Source: Calcarisporiella thermophila CBS 279.70
Lineage: Eukaryota > Fungi > Calcarisporiellomycota
DNA: 64,000 nt
Direction: 5' to 3'
Assembly (NCBI RefSeq): GCF_041956535.1
Contig: NW_027192191.1
Span: forward strand, 69,702-133,701
Made by a program: the position numbers and the translations under genes. The notes under the pieces are model-generated. The model had not been told where the DNA came from and ran no database searches. It saw only the letters and a program-made list of their open reading frames with translations. Shown here in pieces: positions 13,223-28,860 of the stretch. How positions within the stretch are numbered: the first letter of the stretch is position 1; every line of letters begins with the position of its first letter.

Positions 13223-16200
13223 TTAAAGGGTTACACCCGCCGCTGTCAAGTATCCCTGGACATGGGCCTGCACCTCCGGAGGAAGCGTCGCCATGGCGGG
13301 GGCAACCACCCCGGGACTGCGCTGGTTGAGCGCGCCCAGCCCTCGCGCCAGCATCGCGCGCGGCTCGGTGACCTCGCGCAGAGGATCGGCCTTGTCCCGC
13401 GTCGTCACCTGCAGGCGTGAGAAATTGACCTGGACCCCGGACTCCTCCAGATCCAATCGGAACAGGTCGTCCTCCACATCATCGCGAGGGATTTCGGGCG
13501 ATGCCTCGAGCAGCTTCACCACCGCCGCCAGGGTGTTCGGCCAGATGCCGAGGTAGGGCTGGGTCAGCATGGTGGGCGATTCGGTCAGCAGGCGGGTCAG
13601 TCCCACCGCGCACACCTTGCGGTCCACGTCCTTCTGGAGCTTGGTGGTGTCGGTGATGATGATGTTCCTGACCAAGTCCGCAAACATCCTATTCAATGGA
13701 GAGATCGCATCAAGGTTAGCCACAGCCTTCTGGCGAGAGTGCCGAGGGGCGTCAAAAGGGGCTAGGGGCGCCGATCCACTTACTTTGGCTGAATGGACTC
13801 GTAGACCTGCAGCACCGTTTCGGGGCCTCCACCCTCCTTGTTCAAGGCCATGGCAAAGCAAGTGAAGTGCACGTATCCGCGTACCAGCTTCTCCGTCTTG
13901 CTACGCTGCAGCCGCTCCAGCATCAAGATGAAGATCTTCCTCAGGTAGGGCGAGAGAGCGTTCCTATAACAATAGAGGGTGTATAAGCCACTCACGGCCG
14001 GTCCGCACAAGGGGGATAGCGACCTACATTGGAACGTGCTGATAGATCGCGCACAGCAGCTCGAAGCCATAGGAGTCGTTGATGCGGGAGGCGATTAATT
14101 TGTTGAAGAGGCCGAGCAGCGGCTCCAGCTGCTGGTTGGCCACAAGGAAGGCGGCGCCTTTGCTGAGGAATTCCTGCAGGAAGCGAGAGAGCGCGGGGAC
14201 ATTGCCCTGGAACTCCCAGAGGAAGGGCTGCATCAGAGGCCCAGCCAGTGACTGGTACGAGGGGGGAAGATCGCGGTGGCACTCGAGCAGCTGGGAGAGG
14301 ATCTGGAACTCATACGGCTGGAACTCTGTAGCGCGGCCCCGCAATGCAAGGCGTCCGTCACTCATCTCTCCCCAACCTTAACCTCAAAAAAGAAAGGCTT
14401 ACCTTGGATATCCTGCTGCATGATCATCTCAAACGGTGGGAACAACATAGCCTCAAACTGCTGAAGCATCTCGGGCTGGGCTGGGCACACAAAGCGCACG
14501 AGCGCAGCAATCGCCTCAAATAGGTAGTGGTTGAACCTTGGATTGCTGGGATTCTTGCACACCTCGCCCAGGATAGTCGTCAACTTCCCCATGATGATTT
14601 GACCATACGGCGCCATATCAGCACGACTGGTGATGGCAACACGCATGACAGCTATAAAAACAAATCAGGCAGGCTGGAGTTAAGCGGAGGCGGCAGGAGG
14701 AGAGGGGGGGGGAGGGAAGCCATGAGATGTTCCGAATACTCACTCTTCATCAAGTGCTCATTTTCGGCGAGCTTCTCGGGAGTGGTGCCCCGCTCAATTA
14801 GGGCAAAGAGCTTGATAAGAAGGGTCTCGGTGTATGGCTTGATATCAGCTTGAGTAAACCTAAAGGGGAACCGCACAGGTTGCACGAAAACGATGAGTGC
14901 GCAGTCACTCTTGCAGCAAACCATCGGTGGTATGACTTACACAAAAACTCTGTCCCGTTTCAAGAATAAAATTCGCTCAATGGTAATGGCTGCATAGGTG
15001 TGCACAACAAAATTGTCTGAAGAGAGGTGCTCGACCAGCATGGGGAAGATGCTCACAAGCTGTTCCTTTGTCAGCTGGTTGCGGAAAGTGTGCAAGTACT
15101 TGATCGCGTCCACCTTGAGCACGGGATGGCCCTGGTTCAGAGGGGCTTGGAGATCCTGCGCAACATGGTTCGAGAAGAATTCAACCACATTGACAAGATT
15201 GCTGGTGGCGGTCGCGCCATGCTAAGAATAGAGCGTGAGAAGTTGCATCCCTAAGCATTGGGGGTTCAGAGCACGAGTGAAGCAATGCATACCTGCTGGG
15301 CATAGCCTTTAGCAGCAATGGAGGTGAGCAAGTAAATGGCAGTGTCCTTGTCCTTCCAATTAGCACTTGGATTCGAATTGAATTGCTACCGCGTGCATTA
15401 TACAGAATTAGAACCCATCCACCGGACAGAGGCATGGAGAGGAGAATGGGCCAACTCCAGGGTTAAGGGGGAAGAGCTGGGGAGAAATTTCTCCTCTGAA
15501 CTCACCTGCAGATAATGGTTGATGTACTGTGAAATGATGGCGGTAATTTGTGACTCGAACTGCACCATGATCCCACGCACCAAATCAGTAGCAGCACGGC
15601 GACGGGTATCGGTATCTAATAGAGAAAAGAAAGTAAAAGGAGAGTCAAAAAAGAAGCCGGATACCCTTTTGGGGTTAGGCGGGGGAATTTACCTGATCCC
15701 TCTAAATCCCTTCGGATATACTCAATAGGATCATCTTCAAATAACTCCTCATCCGAGGTGCGCAACTGCATGTTGGGCAGAATAACTTTCTCGCAGATCT
15801 GACGCATGGTTTCTTCGCTGCTGAAAAGGTTGCGGTGCTTGTCGTACTTGACGACGGCGGAAAGGACAGAGATGGCTTTGCTCACAAGCTAAATAGACAC
15901 AGACACCCAGACATATAAGTAAATGGTTACGGATGTAAGAGAGGTCGTTAGCATAGGAAAAGCCTACAATATCATATTTGGGCTCGAGGCCGGTCGTTGT
16001 CAGCAGAGTCCATGTCGTCTCGAAAAATTGTGGGAGCATAGGGAATACATCCTCATAGCGTGTCACATACATCTCCACAATCTCGCAGATACCCGCCTTG
16101 ATCTTCTCAAGGATGCCGGCGTCCTCCTCATCCTAAATTGAGGCCCCATCCGATGAGTATGCATCTCACGGTCAAGCAAGGAGAAATGTATGAACACTTA

Positions 16201-17237
16201 CTTCAGATTCCAGAATGGGATTCTTGTACGTCAGATATCGGTATAAAATGGCCATAAACTCCTCCATGTGATCCTCGAAGTACTCGGGGATATCCTGACA
16301 GTTGAGGTCATAGAAGATCTTGACAAGATGGAGGAGGGTCTGAGCCACTTGGGGTAGTACCGTTGCATTGCTCGCGTTAGCTTGAATCAGGGCATCCGTT
16401 TGCTAAGGACAGAAATTAGAAGAAGAAAAAGCATTACAATTCCAGTATTGAATCGAAAGTACATCCAATTCCAAAATAATCACCTTCATGATGTTCAGGA
16501 ATGGCTCTGCAAACTGCTCCAACACAAATCGAATCTCAAGGAAAAGTTCATTGGTCCGGAATTCCCCTCTCCATCTCTTGAAGATGGAGTGCGCCGTTTG
16601 TAAAACTCCATTGTTAGCCCCATGGTCTGTCGGGCTTATCTTGGAGATGAGAAGTGGGAGCAATTCCGTCCAACGTTGTGGGAAGTCACAGTCTGCGATA
16701 ATGGAAACCGCTTCGCTAATTTGCGCTTTGAGATTTGCGGGAAGAGCAATCATTAGATCGACAATTTGTGATTTAATGGCAAGGCGATCCGAATCTGCAA
16801 TCCGATTGGCCTCATCCTCATCCTACCCATGAAAGATATATTTCTTAACTTTGCTATTCTCTTGTAAAATCATAGACCAATTTTTGCTCACATAGGCAGA
16901 TTTCCAATTGCGCTTAACAAAATTCTTGAAAAGCAGGGCGGCTGCCACTCGCACCGACGGATCCACCGCATCATTGGCAACAAGTCTTAGAACGAGGATT
17001 GGGTAGTTGGGCTGCGTTTCCACCGATTGTAGGGTTTTCTCGGCTAAAAATTAGAGGGCACGGGATGAGAAGGACACCAGGAGAATCATCGGAAAATGAG
17101 GTGCCCGTGCAGAGAGGAGATTGGACTTTATTACGCGTCCTCTTTGCGAAAAACTCACCTTGCTTTGCTGTGGCCGGGTTGAGGGTTTGTTTGAGCGTCT
17201 CCGAAAGAAGAGTTAGATTCTGGTCATTAATCTCCAT
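13223..17237 (-). CDS. CSE1: Exportin-2 / importin-alpha re-exporter, many introns
   Basis: IBN_N FKNFVKRNW, DFPQRW, EELFEDDPIEYIRRDLEGSD, KNPSNPRFNHYLFE, VVHTYAAITIER. Confidence 0.95.
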
Positions 17238-17852
17238 GGTTTCAACGTGTTTTAGTCTCGAGAAATAGAAACTGAACTCGGACTCGGACAGGCTGTGAAA
17301 TACAAAATGAAACGCGTTCTGGAGACCTTTATTTTTAATTGTGGCTTAGCCCTACATGGAAATGCAAAGAATGCCGTGTCAGGCCATCCCAATTCAGAGC
17401 CGTGCATCCTTGACTCGACCGTGACTTCATAGCACAATTTCTCTACAGCGCCGCACTCTGCAATCAGTCCATTAGCCTTCATACGCCCCTTCCACATTAT
17501 AAACTCCTAATTGATTATCCACACTATTGTTTTCCAGAGTTCATGATATACATAAACGTTGACAATCTTTGTTATTGGATTCAAGTTTAATCAAGGTTTT
17601 TCGATTAAAATATCCTGCAATGACACATCTATACTCCACCTCTGTGATACATAGCAATACCTGCTTTGAGGTCCATATTTATTTTTTTTCTCCATAGCTA
17701 GAGAACAGACCAGGCTCAGGTCAGCTCGAAAATGATCAAGTGGAAACGTTGTAAGTGTTTCTTATATTTTTGTTTATTGCTTGTTTTTGCACCATATTTA
17801 ATAGTTTCAAGGTTCCAAAATATATAATAATGAAATTAAAAGAGTCCTCCGT

Positions 17853-20800
17853 TTAATCCACCCCCAAAATCTTCTTCAGCTTAACCACCACCGCCCACTC
17901 TTCCTTGGATAAATCATTGCGGAAGGTCTCTTTAAGCACATCGATGGACTGTCGTGTGATGCGCGAGTATAACTCGTCCTGCTCGAGGAAGTGTCGACCG
18001 ACCATCTTGGGCGTCTCATACGAGGCGCACTCAATCTTTACGGCTACACCGCCACCCGCTTGTCCGCGTTTCACCACCTCCACCGTCTTGTGGTTCTGCT
18101 CCATGCTAGTAATTCGGCCCAACGTCAGGACTTCGCGCTTCTTGGTCTCCGGATCCGTGTGCACCACGCAAATGGGCGTTCCCGTACGGAGCACACCCTC
18201 CACCACGTCCACTCCAATAACGATGGGATCGCGCTTGTTAAACACCGCGCCGGGCACAATTCTGAGAATGCATGGGAATACCGCTTGGGGAGCTTGATCC
18301 TTCCGCTTCTGCTCAAGGATCTCCTTATTGTAGGCGGTGAACTGGTCGAATAGATGATAAATAATGTCCGCCTTGAACACCTTAACGCCCACTTCGTCCG
18401 CAAGATCTTGCGCCTCCTTCTCCACCTTAACGTCGAAACACAGCATCACCGCAAGTTCGCGTGCCTTCTCAAGCATCACTGAAGCCCGCTGAACATCCTT
18501 CTTGTGCACGGGACCAATGTTGATGCCTGAGACGGGAATTTTGCATGAGCGGAGGAACTCAAGCAGAGCCTCGAGGGAACCGAGCGTGGACGCCTGGACC
18601 CATACACCGCTTCCACTCTTGTCGATGGCGCTCATAAGCCCCTTAAGGTCCGACATCACCTCGTCCATGACTTCCTCCTCGTCATCATCAGGGCCCACGA
18701 CCATCAAGCGAGACCCGGCAATTGCCTTTTCAAGATCGGGCGCACAGATCTTCACACCCATAGCAGCCTTGATGGCCTTGTGGTGCACGTATGCGGATTT
18801 AACACGGAGTTCCTTGAGCGGCTGAGGTGTAAGCAGGGCACGTACGTTCGTGGCAATTGGCCCGTTTAACCCGCACAATACTATCCGATCTCCCTCGTGT
18901 AGCCAGCCGTTCACCAAGACTACATCAATCGTGGTGCCCAGACCCTCGATCACCTTGACTTCAAGCACAGTGGCCTCGAGCTCCGAGAGGTACATAAGCT
19001 GTTCGCTCATACGCGTTTGCGTCAGCTGCACTAGCAACATCAACAGGTCGGGAATACCCTCGCCCGTGATTGCAGAGGTGGGAATCAGTGAGACGTTGCG
19101 TTTAAAGTTCTTGTTATCGTAGTAAAGACAAGCGTTTAATCCCACTTTCTCCGCAAACTCGACAATGGTACGCTGCACACGATCCTCGAATTCGAGCTGC
19201 ACGTGCCTCTTCTGTTTCGCCAGCGAGTCACGGAAGGCATTGTCCGGTGTTGGTTCCCATCCGTAGATACGATCGATCTATCAATCAAAAAGAATATTAA
19301 TGACTAGCAGTGGGAATTGAGTCGATCCCGATCATCACCTTGTTCAATGCAACAATGAATGGCGTCTTCCTGTCTTTCAATAGTCGCAAGCTCTCCAAAG
19401 TCTGCGGTTCGAGACCATGCATGATATCAACGACCAAAATGGCGATATTGCAAAGCGATGAGCCACGGGAACGCAAGTTTGTGAAAGATTCGTGCCCAGG
19501 AGTGTCGATGACAAGCAAACCGGGTAGCTTATACTCCATCTTCCCATCCTTGTTGAGTACCGCCGTTTTCGTTTTAATTGTTTCAACTGGGAAGTAAGTA
19601 GCACCAATCTGCTGTGTAATACCTCCGGCTTCACCCTCCTGGACATTAGTTTGCCGAATTTTGTCGAGAAGTTTAGTCTAAGTTGAAAAAGAGGTTAAAT
19701 ATACCTAAGCAAGGGATCAAAAATACCATTAAAAATATACTGACCTTGCCGGTATCTACGTGACCAAGAATACAACAAATTGGGGAACGTAATTCATCCT
19801 TGGACCTCGCTGCCATTGCTTCTTCGTGGCGTTTCTGAAAAGCATACGAATATATTTGCACTTTGTTAAATAACAAAAAAAAAATATTATGCAAAACACT
19901 CTTACCTTTCTCCGATCTGCGGCCTCCTGTTTCCGTTGTAGAGCCATTTTTTGAGTAGCGGTAAGTTCTTCATCACTCTCCTCATCACTCTCCTCATCAC
20001 TATCATCTTCGTCCTCATCCTCGCTCTCGCTTTCCTTTTTGCTCTTCTTATCATTCCCCTTGGCTAGCTTCTCTGCCTTCTTTTCAGCTTTCTCCTCCTT
20101 CTCCTCCTCCTCCTCCTCTTCTTCTTCCGATTCATCTTCCCAAGATTCTTTAATATCTTCAGCCTCTTTGGCATCCTCCTCCTCCCAGCTCTCTTTAATA
20201 TCATCTTCTTCCCAGCTATCCTTAACATCAGCACTCTCTTCCCAGCTCTCTTTAATGTCTTCTAAAAAACATCATTAGATTAATTATGAGACTTCAATTA
20301 CGAGGAGTCGATTAATGATTTTACCACTTTCTTCTTGTTCTTTCTTTTTCTTTTCGGCCTCAGCCTTTTTTCTCTCCTCCTCCTCTTTTTTCTTGGCCTC
20401 CTCCTCCACTTTTTTCTTGGCCTCCTCCTCAGCGTTCTTATCCTCCTCGGACTTCTTAGTCGGCTTCTTCTTCTTTCCATATACCGGGCGCTTCTTTTCC
20501 GGCTGCTCTAAGCCCTCAATGCGTACTCCGGATTCCAGTAATTGCTGTAATCGCAGTTGTGCTCGTTGCTGGGCTTCTTTTTGCGCCTTTGTTAGAAGCT
20601 TGCCTTCTTTTCGCAGTTGCTCTCGTTTAGCCTTCTCTTTTTCCTTTTTGCGTTGCTTGGCCTCCTCGATCTTGCGCTCTTCCTCCTCAATTCGCCGACG
20701 CTCCTCTTCTTCTTTTCGGCGCTCTTCCTCTTCACGCTTACGCTCTTCCTCTTCAGCTGCCTTCTGTGCCTCCAAGATAGCCTAATAGTATCAAGAAGGT

Positions 20801-21483
20801 GCATTAATATTACTATTGATGTTTCCTAGTGAATAAATAGATAAATAAAGACCTGCAGTGCTTTTAGACCGGGCTTCTTCTTTCCTTTGGCTGGCGCAGG
20901 TTCTGGAGCCTTTTCTTCTGTAGCAGCCTTCTTCTTCTTCTTCTTCTTCTTAGACTTTCCGCCTCCGCCCTCTTCCTCCTCTTCTTCGTCTTCTACTTTC
21001 TCAGCAGACGGTGCAGGTGAAGCTTCCTTAATGGCATCTTGACTCTTCTCAGCCTCTCCCATATCCTTGGCTTCTTTAGCTTTCTTAGCCTCTGCTGCCT
21101 TCCTCTTGGCTTCTTTTTGTCGTTCCTTCTTCTCTCGTTCCTTTTCTTTCTTAGATTTAATCTTAATTTCACCAGCATCTTCTTCCTCTTCGTCGGGGGT
21201 GGAGATTGGCGCTGCGGGTTGGCTCTTCTTCTTATCTTTTTTATTTGCCCGAGCTACTTGCGCTAAAAGTCCATCACCATCATTATCGTCATTTGCGTCG
21301 CCATTCGCATCGTTAACAATAGCGGCGTCTTCTTCAAACTCATTATCCCTTTGATAAGGTTGATAAAAACAGTTAGACTCCCGATTGAAAGAATAATCCA
21401 ATTATTTCACATTAAATGATATGTTGGAAAAAGTCATACCAATAGTCGTCTTGTATTTTCTTTCCACCCTTCTTTTTTCCCAT
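17853..21483 (-). CDS. FUN12: Translation initiation factor eIF5B
   Basis: [58 protein letters not shown]; long charged N-terminus. Confidence 0.97.
20136..20259 (-). repeat. Four D[IV]K[ED]SWE peptide repeats in the eIF5B acidic linker
   Basis: Translation [41 protein letters not shown]. Confidence 0.8.
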
Positions 21484-22342
21484 TTTGATTTCCAATCTTT
21501 CGTTGATCAGACTATCGTTGTAAAATAATCCTGATCACTCGCGTTGTTTATAATGTTTGCTTCGGCTGCGCCATCTTACCTTTACTGAATTTTCTTACTA
21601 TAATTTCTTAGTAGCTGTTCAAATTGCAAAAATAAAATTAACAAGAGCTGAACGGCATCTCTAATAAGGATAATTTGGATTATATTCAAAATACGCGGAA
21701 TGGTTACATCCAATTAAAGCATCCTCTTGGTATGCAATATCTACATCATTTACGGCAGGACGTTGCGTAATAATTGCCCCATTGAGTAGAATCGGATACC
21801 TCAAGAATACTTGTGAATGAATTATCCCCTCAATAAAATGGATTACAAACACGGTCTTCTTCCCGAAAGTGATATAAAATCATATAGGATATTTTTGGCA
21901 GAAAATATAATCCCAGTGGTTGGAAAAAAAGCAACAGGAGGAGCATATGGTTATACATAGAATTGAGACTGCAATGAATCCCCAATAATACAAAGAAATT
22001 CGGAGTTTATCATTGCCATAGAGAAGCAAGTTTGCATGTTACCATTATATTGTTCTCTAATAACGCTACAGGAAACAAGTTTATCTGTGATTGCTCAAAT
22101 TGGCTCGAATTGTCTTGCACCACGATTATTCATCTTTTTGAATAATTCAAAAGTTGAATAGTAGTGGTTCGGTTCAATAAGAGTTTTTCCAAAAGTTTTC
22201 AAATGCTTCGAACCGTTCATCTGCTTAAACTAGCATCATGCATTAATTGACATAATCCCCCCTTCTTTTTGGTTATGTGTTGATTTATTTTATTCAATAA
22301 AATAGTGCAAACTCTTAAGAAAATCTACAAAGCACAAAATCC

Positions 22343-23613
<1,271 letters not shown>

Positions 23614-23793
23614 TTTTAGTGGTAAATTAACAATCAAAAAGAGTAGATTATTCAAAAAAAAAAATTGCGAAAGCAGAATAAGTAGCATACGCGTACACAA
23701 TCCTGGAGCTACTCTAACCTAACCTAATTTTATGGATTTTTATTATTTCTATTTCTCCAAGAGTCGTTTTGTATTAGATCATTCCTTAGCAAA

Positions 23794-25736
23794 ATGTCGG
23801 ATCCAAAGGGATTAACAGTCGAACATGATGTGCAAATGTTCGAGGAAGGATCAGAGCATATCCTGACTCTGAAAGACAGTACAATTCTCGAAAACGAAGG
23901 TAGGATTAACGAAGGTTGGATTTATACTAACTGCAAATTTCTTATGATTTTTCAATGTCTTATAGATGAAGGAGATATTCTAACAAGCGTAGCTCTAGAG
24001 GACAAGGAGCGCCTTAAGAAAAACCTGGAAAATAAAAAACGAAAGCATGCTTATGTTGCTTATGACGATGAGGAGTTCACACTCGGTGGCAAAAAGCGCA
24101 ATATTCTGTCGCAGTATGATGAACCAACGAAATCGGTAGTTATTCCATACCTTTTTGATTCAAAAAATTACTTCATATAATCAATTTCAGTTACTAATCC
24201 ACCTTTATGATTCTTCAGAGCTTTAAACTCGATGACCAAGGCACATACAATTTGAAAAATGAGCAGAGTGTATCGGACAAACTTAAGGCTCAAGCAGTGA
24301 ATCTGTCTTATGAGAGTAAGTCACTTCCTATGACTCTTGTAGTTGATAATTTAGTCTTATTATTTTGCGAATTAGAAATGCGTGAGATTCGAGATTATTA
24401 TACCAAAGAAGAAGCGGAAATGACATTCAAAAAGCCCAAAACAAAGGTATACATGATTTCCTTTATATGATTTTCATTTTCCTAATTTAAAATCTGTTTA
24501 ACATTATAGAAAAAGAAGAAAGTTCGCCGGAAAACAGACGATGATGAAGACGATATCCCTTCACAAAATAATATGGACACACAAATCAATGAGGTCAACG
24601 GATCACACAGCTCTACCACAGCTCCTAAACCTCGCCCCAAAGCTAACCTAGATGATGTTAATTTTGTTGACGACGATGATCTCCAGCAGGCATTGGCACG
24701 TGCGCGGAGGGTTGCGAATAAAAAGCGGGTAAAGAAGATGACACCTGAAGATATTGCGAGGTCATTGGCTGAAAATAAAGATAACGGGGATGAAGAGGGG
24801 GATGAGGTTGCGGAAGGCATGTTGGTATTATCAGACACAGCAGAATTTGTAAGATCTTTGGGTACTCAGCCTTTGGACTCGGGTCTAGCAGAGCGAGAAA
24901 GTGAAAGAGGTCGACTGCGGTCCGAAACTCCGAGACTGGAGGAACCAGAGGAGGTAGAAACAGGAGAAATGGAGGAAAAGAAAGCATATAAGACTAAGCT
25001 TGAAGATGTAAGCAAAGATGAGGATATCGAGGAGGGTGAGTTGGGCAATGGAGAGGATGTAGAGATGGAAACAGAAGAACACCTTCAGAAGCAGGCAAAT
25101 CCAGAGAAGGACCTGCCCACTGGTCTTGAAGAAGAACCTCTTGTCGCAAGTGGTATGGCTGCTACACTTGCATTACTACAGCAGAAAGGTCTATATCAGA
25201 AACCAACAGAGGATGAGTTGCAAAGCGAGAGGCGGCGTGCAGAGAATTCTCGTTGGCTCACCCAGCAGAAGCGCCTTGATCTTGAACGCGAGCGTAGAAG
25301 AGAAAAAGAGAAACAGCGTGAACGAGAGCAGCGAAGTGCTACCAGTAGTTCTCGTGGGCGCACTTCAGAAAGAGATCGAGATTATGAAAAAGAACAAAAA
25401 GAACGCGAACGCTTGCGCGAGGTATTGGAAAGAATGCGCGATTATAAGCCCGAGATTCGTCTTGAGCATCGCGATGAGTTTGGCCGCGTAATGTCCGAAA
25501 AGGAGGCCTACAAGCATCTATCACATGTGTTCCATGGTAAAAATCCAGGAAAGGCCAAGACAGAAAAACGGTTACAACGATTGGCAGAAGAGCATAAGTT
25601 GCAAGCTATGAGTAGTGTTGATACACCTTTGGGAATGGCAGGTCGATTTGCGGAAACACTGCGAGCTTCTGGCTCAGCACACCTTGTGCTGGATAGAGCT
25701 GCCTCCTCGAGTTCGTCTTCATCAGGAAAAAAATAA
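23794..25736 (+). CDS. SNU66: U4/U6.U5 tri-snRNP protein Snu66/SART1, apparently lacking the N-terminal HIND
   Basis: GLTVEHD..F.EG..ILTLKD, DDDLQQALARARR, LVLSDTAEFVRSL, EEPLVASGMAATL, YKP..L.H.DEFGR...KEAYKHLSHVFHGK.PGK.KTEKRL. Confidence 0.9.
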
Positions 25737-25930
25737 TTGAATGTTTTACTAGTTTTGAAGTCAAATATATGATTTTAATTAAAATATATTCACATGCTTG
25801 CTAAAAACATGACACTTTATTTTTTTTTTCGTTCTTTTAAGAAAAATCAAGCTAAGAAAGAGAACAAGTGGCAGGTGTAGATTGAGTGAACGGGTAGGAA
25901 GACGCTGAATAAGACGTTATTATCCAAATA

Positions 25931-26431
25931 TTACGAGACATCTGCATCCTCTTCTTCAATACCTCGAATGTACAACACATTGTTGCATCTTGAAAATAGA
26001 ATGTTAATGAGTAAAGCGTGGACAAAATCAATGGCGAGTAGGAATTCTTTTACCGGATGAGGACTTCACCAAGCGTGCCGGCAGGAGCTCCATCAATAAA
26101 TTCTTCCGTATTTGCCAACTAAAAAATAATAATAATCAATAACTCGCGCTATCTTAGTAGCTTTAAATTTTATCGAGATTGTAGCCACAGGTTTTGAACA
26201 TGCAGAAATGATTTACCTGGAGATTCATATATGAATCAACCGATACCAAATACCCTTTATATTCCTGTCCCCACTTTAGCCGGACCATGACTGCCTTACC
26301 CGTCAGATCCTGAAGGAAAGGCTTCGGATTCACCGGAACGAACTAAAAATCAATGAACAAATAAGCATACCAGTAAATAAGTAAGTGATACATCCAAGTT
26401 CTCTGGCCCCTGGCCTATTTACCGAGGACAT
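25931..26431 (-). CDS. SMX3: Small nuclear ribonucleoprotein F (SmF), 4 exons; absent from the ORF track
   Basis: Spliced [71 protein letters not shown]. Confidence 0.95.
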
Positions 26432-26572
26432 TATAGTTTGATCTGCTTTTAAATCACACAGAGATCACTTGTAAAGAGTATTTAAATGTTTTGTGGCTTG
26501 GATTTGTTTATTGAAATAATTTATATAAATCTGGAGATATAGAAAATTATATGATTAAAAAAATGCTAAATA

Positions 26573-28580
26573 TCAAGCTTTCGGATGTTTAGCTTTTCCA
26601 GCCTTTTTTTTCTTCTTTAAAATTCTAAAAGCTGGCTTGCCTTTAGGCCGACTATTTGTATTGTTTCCGGCATTACGTGGGTTGCTTTCGTGCTTATCTA
26701 CACCTGACTTGCCATTCTTCTCAAAAACTCTGCGCCTCTTATGAGCACCAGTGCCTTTTCCGTTTCCAGCATTCCCTTCAGCTTCGTTGCTTGCCTAGTA
26801 TAAACAATTTAGATTATATATCACATATTTGGATAGGATTTCTTCTAGAAAATTTACCTTTCTCTTCTGGCCTCCCGATTTCTCTTCTGAATGCGAAATT
26901 CCAGCCATTCTTTCCTCTCTCCTCTTCACTACTTGTACATTTTCTAGTGAAAATTCTACTATCAATCGCTTCTTTCCTGAGAATATGTCCGGGTTGTTGT
27001 TCAAATAACGTAATGCTGCGAGTGCATGTGCATGCGTTTCGTACTCTACGAACCCATATCCCTTGCTTCGTAGTTGCTTTGTCTGTCCATCAATTCTATC
27101 CTTAGATCTGCACACTTTTGCTTGTCGCACCTTAGGCTTTTTGTCCCATCCTTCAGCACGCTCCTCTGCCGATAGAGGCTCTCGTTTTTCTTCGCGAACT
27201 TGCTGTTTGAACTTATCAATAGCGGAGACGGCAAGGCGACGAAGCTCTTTATCATCAACACTTAAAGGGAGATTTCGGACCGAAAGGCGGGTTTTTGAGA
27301 TGAAGAGCGAAGGATTTTTGGCAAGAAGAGTCTTTCGCGTAGCATATGAAGCTTGGCGTTTAGAAAGTTCGCTTGGTGTTATTGTTTCGGCAGCGGGTGT
27401 ATTCGGGAAAATCACTAAATATCATAATAAAGAAAAATCTAGTAAAAATAGAACGAGAAGTGAAAGCTTAACTAGTTGCCAACCTCCTTCTCTCATTAAA
27501 TATAAATTTCGCTTGTCTTCACGTTCACGTTTGATCTTATTAGACTCGGTAAGTTTTCCTGCTTCTTCACGAGATACAGCCAACTTCACATCTAATACTC
27601 GTGAATGGAGGGTGAACTTGGAAGCCAGGGAAGAAGAGGGGTCGGCCATAAGAACGGATTTGACTTTAGGAAGAGCCTTGTTCTTTTGCCGCTTTGTAGA
27701 AGCAAGAGTCTAAACAATATATTTAAACATAATACTTAGGTTAGAGCTCCAGTTTTAGAAAGAAAGCCATCAATATTTTATATACCTCACTCTCTCCAGG
27801 GCCGACTTCCTGTGCAACACGTTCTGCCTCTTCCAAACACCGGACTGCATCTTCTTTATTCTTGAAACATACAAATGCGGTGCCTCGTGATAAACCAGTA
27901 TTATGATCCTTAGTTATGCGGCAATAATGAAGCTCGCCCCACTGACTGAATCTACATTTACAGGGACATTAGCAAATATTGATATTACTGATAGATAAAA
28001 GATAGATCCTACAGCTCTTCAACATCCTCCTGGGTTGCTTCAAACAGTAGGTTACGCACAAAGAGGGTGGTTCCCTCAGCTGGAGTTGGAAGTTTTTGCT
28101 TTACTATTGAGGCAGGAAGGTAAGTAATGTTAGGTTGATAGCTGAAGAAATACACTCACCTCTCCCAGATTCAGTTTTTGGTTTTCTCTCCTCCTTAGTA
28201 TTGCGTAATGAGCTCTTATTTGTTTTCCTGGTCGCCTCTTTAATCTCTTCGTTTTCGTCTTCCTCCTCCTCCTCTTCTTCTTCGTCGTCATCGTCGTCAT
28301 CGTCGGAATATCCAAGCTCCTCTTCAGAATTGCTTTCATTGTTTCCTCCTTCTTCTACCGAATCAGCTTCACTATCCTCGGAGATATCCTCTAGAGATTC
28401 CAAACTATTCATTTCGTCCTCGTCTTCCTCATTTTCGCCCTCTAATGTATGATCGTTATTCTCGGGTTCAGACTGGAACTTCTTTAGCTTTTCGGGCTCT
28501 GCCCTACCACCCTTCTTCTGCTTTCCAAATTTCCCCTTATTTTTCCCTATACTTTTATGGGCTATCTTATTTCCTCCCAT
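26573..28580 (-). CDS. NOP4: Nucleolar RRM protein Nop4/RBM28-like, with only two RRMs
   Basis: Acidic tract, then GTTLFVRNL..SRGTAFVCF, DKRNLYLMREG, NPSLFISKTRLSVRNLP, SKGYGFVEY..H.HALAALRYLNNN, RLIVEFSLEN. Confidence 0.85.
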
Positions 28581-28860
28581 TATGAATGCCAGTTTTAAGC
28601 GGAAAGTGAACAAACTTTAACTACTATTTAACTGTTGTTGTCTATATTGCTGCGCCAAGTTTAAGAATTTTCTGCAAGCTTTCCCGACGACAGGGAAAAA
28701 TAGCAATTCATCCCGTATACTTTTGATCTCTCTCTTTTAAAGCGCATCCTCCCCTTTGTGTCGTAAGGTTAATACTACTCATCCATCCATCCATCTTGTG
28801 CCCATTATTGTATATTTAACGATAATATCTCTTTCATTTGATCTAACTTAGCAGATTAAA

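Noticed and set aside
17680-17850. Exon-like plus-strand segment (acceptor 17697, donor 17751) between CSE1 and eIF5B
   Set aside because: No upstream start exon and no recognisable product; could be chance in AT-rich UTR sequence.
21600-22300. Short ORF fragments between eIF5B and RPN11 (e.g. LGMQYLHH, weakly kinase-like)
   Set aside because: Too short, with no further motifs; a pseudogene call cannot be supported.
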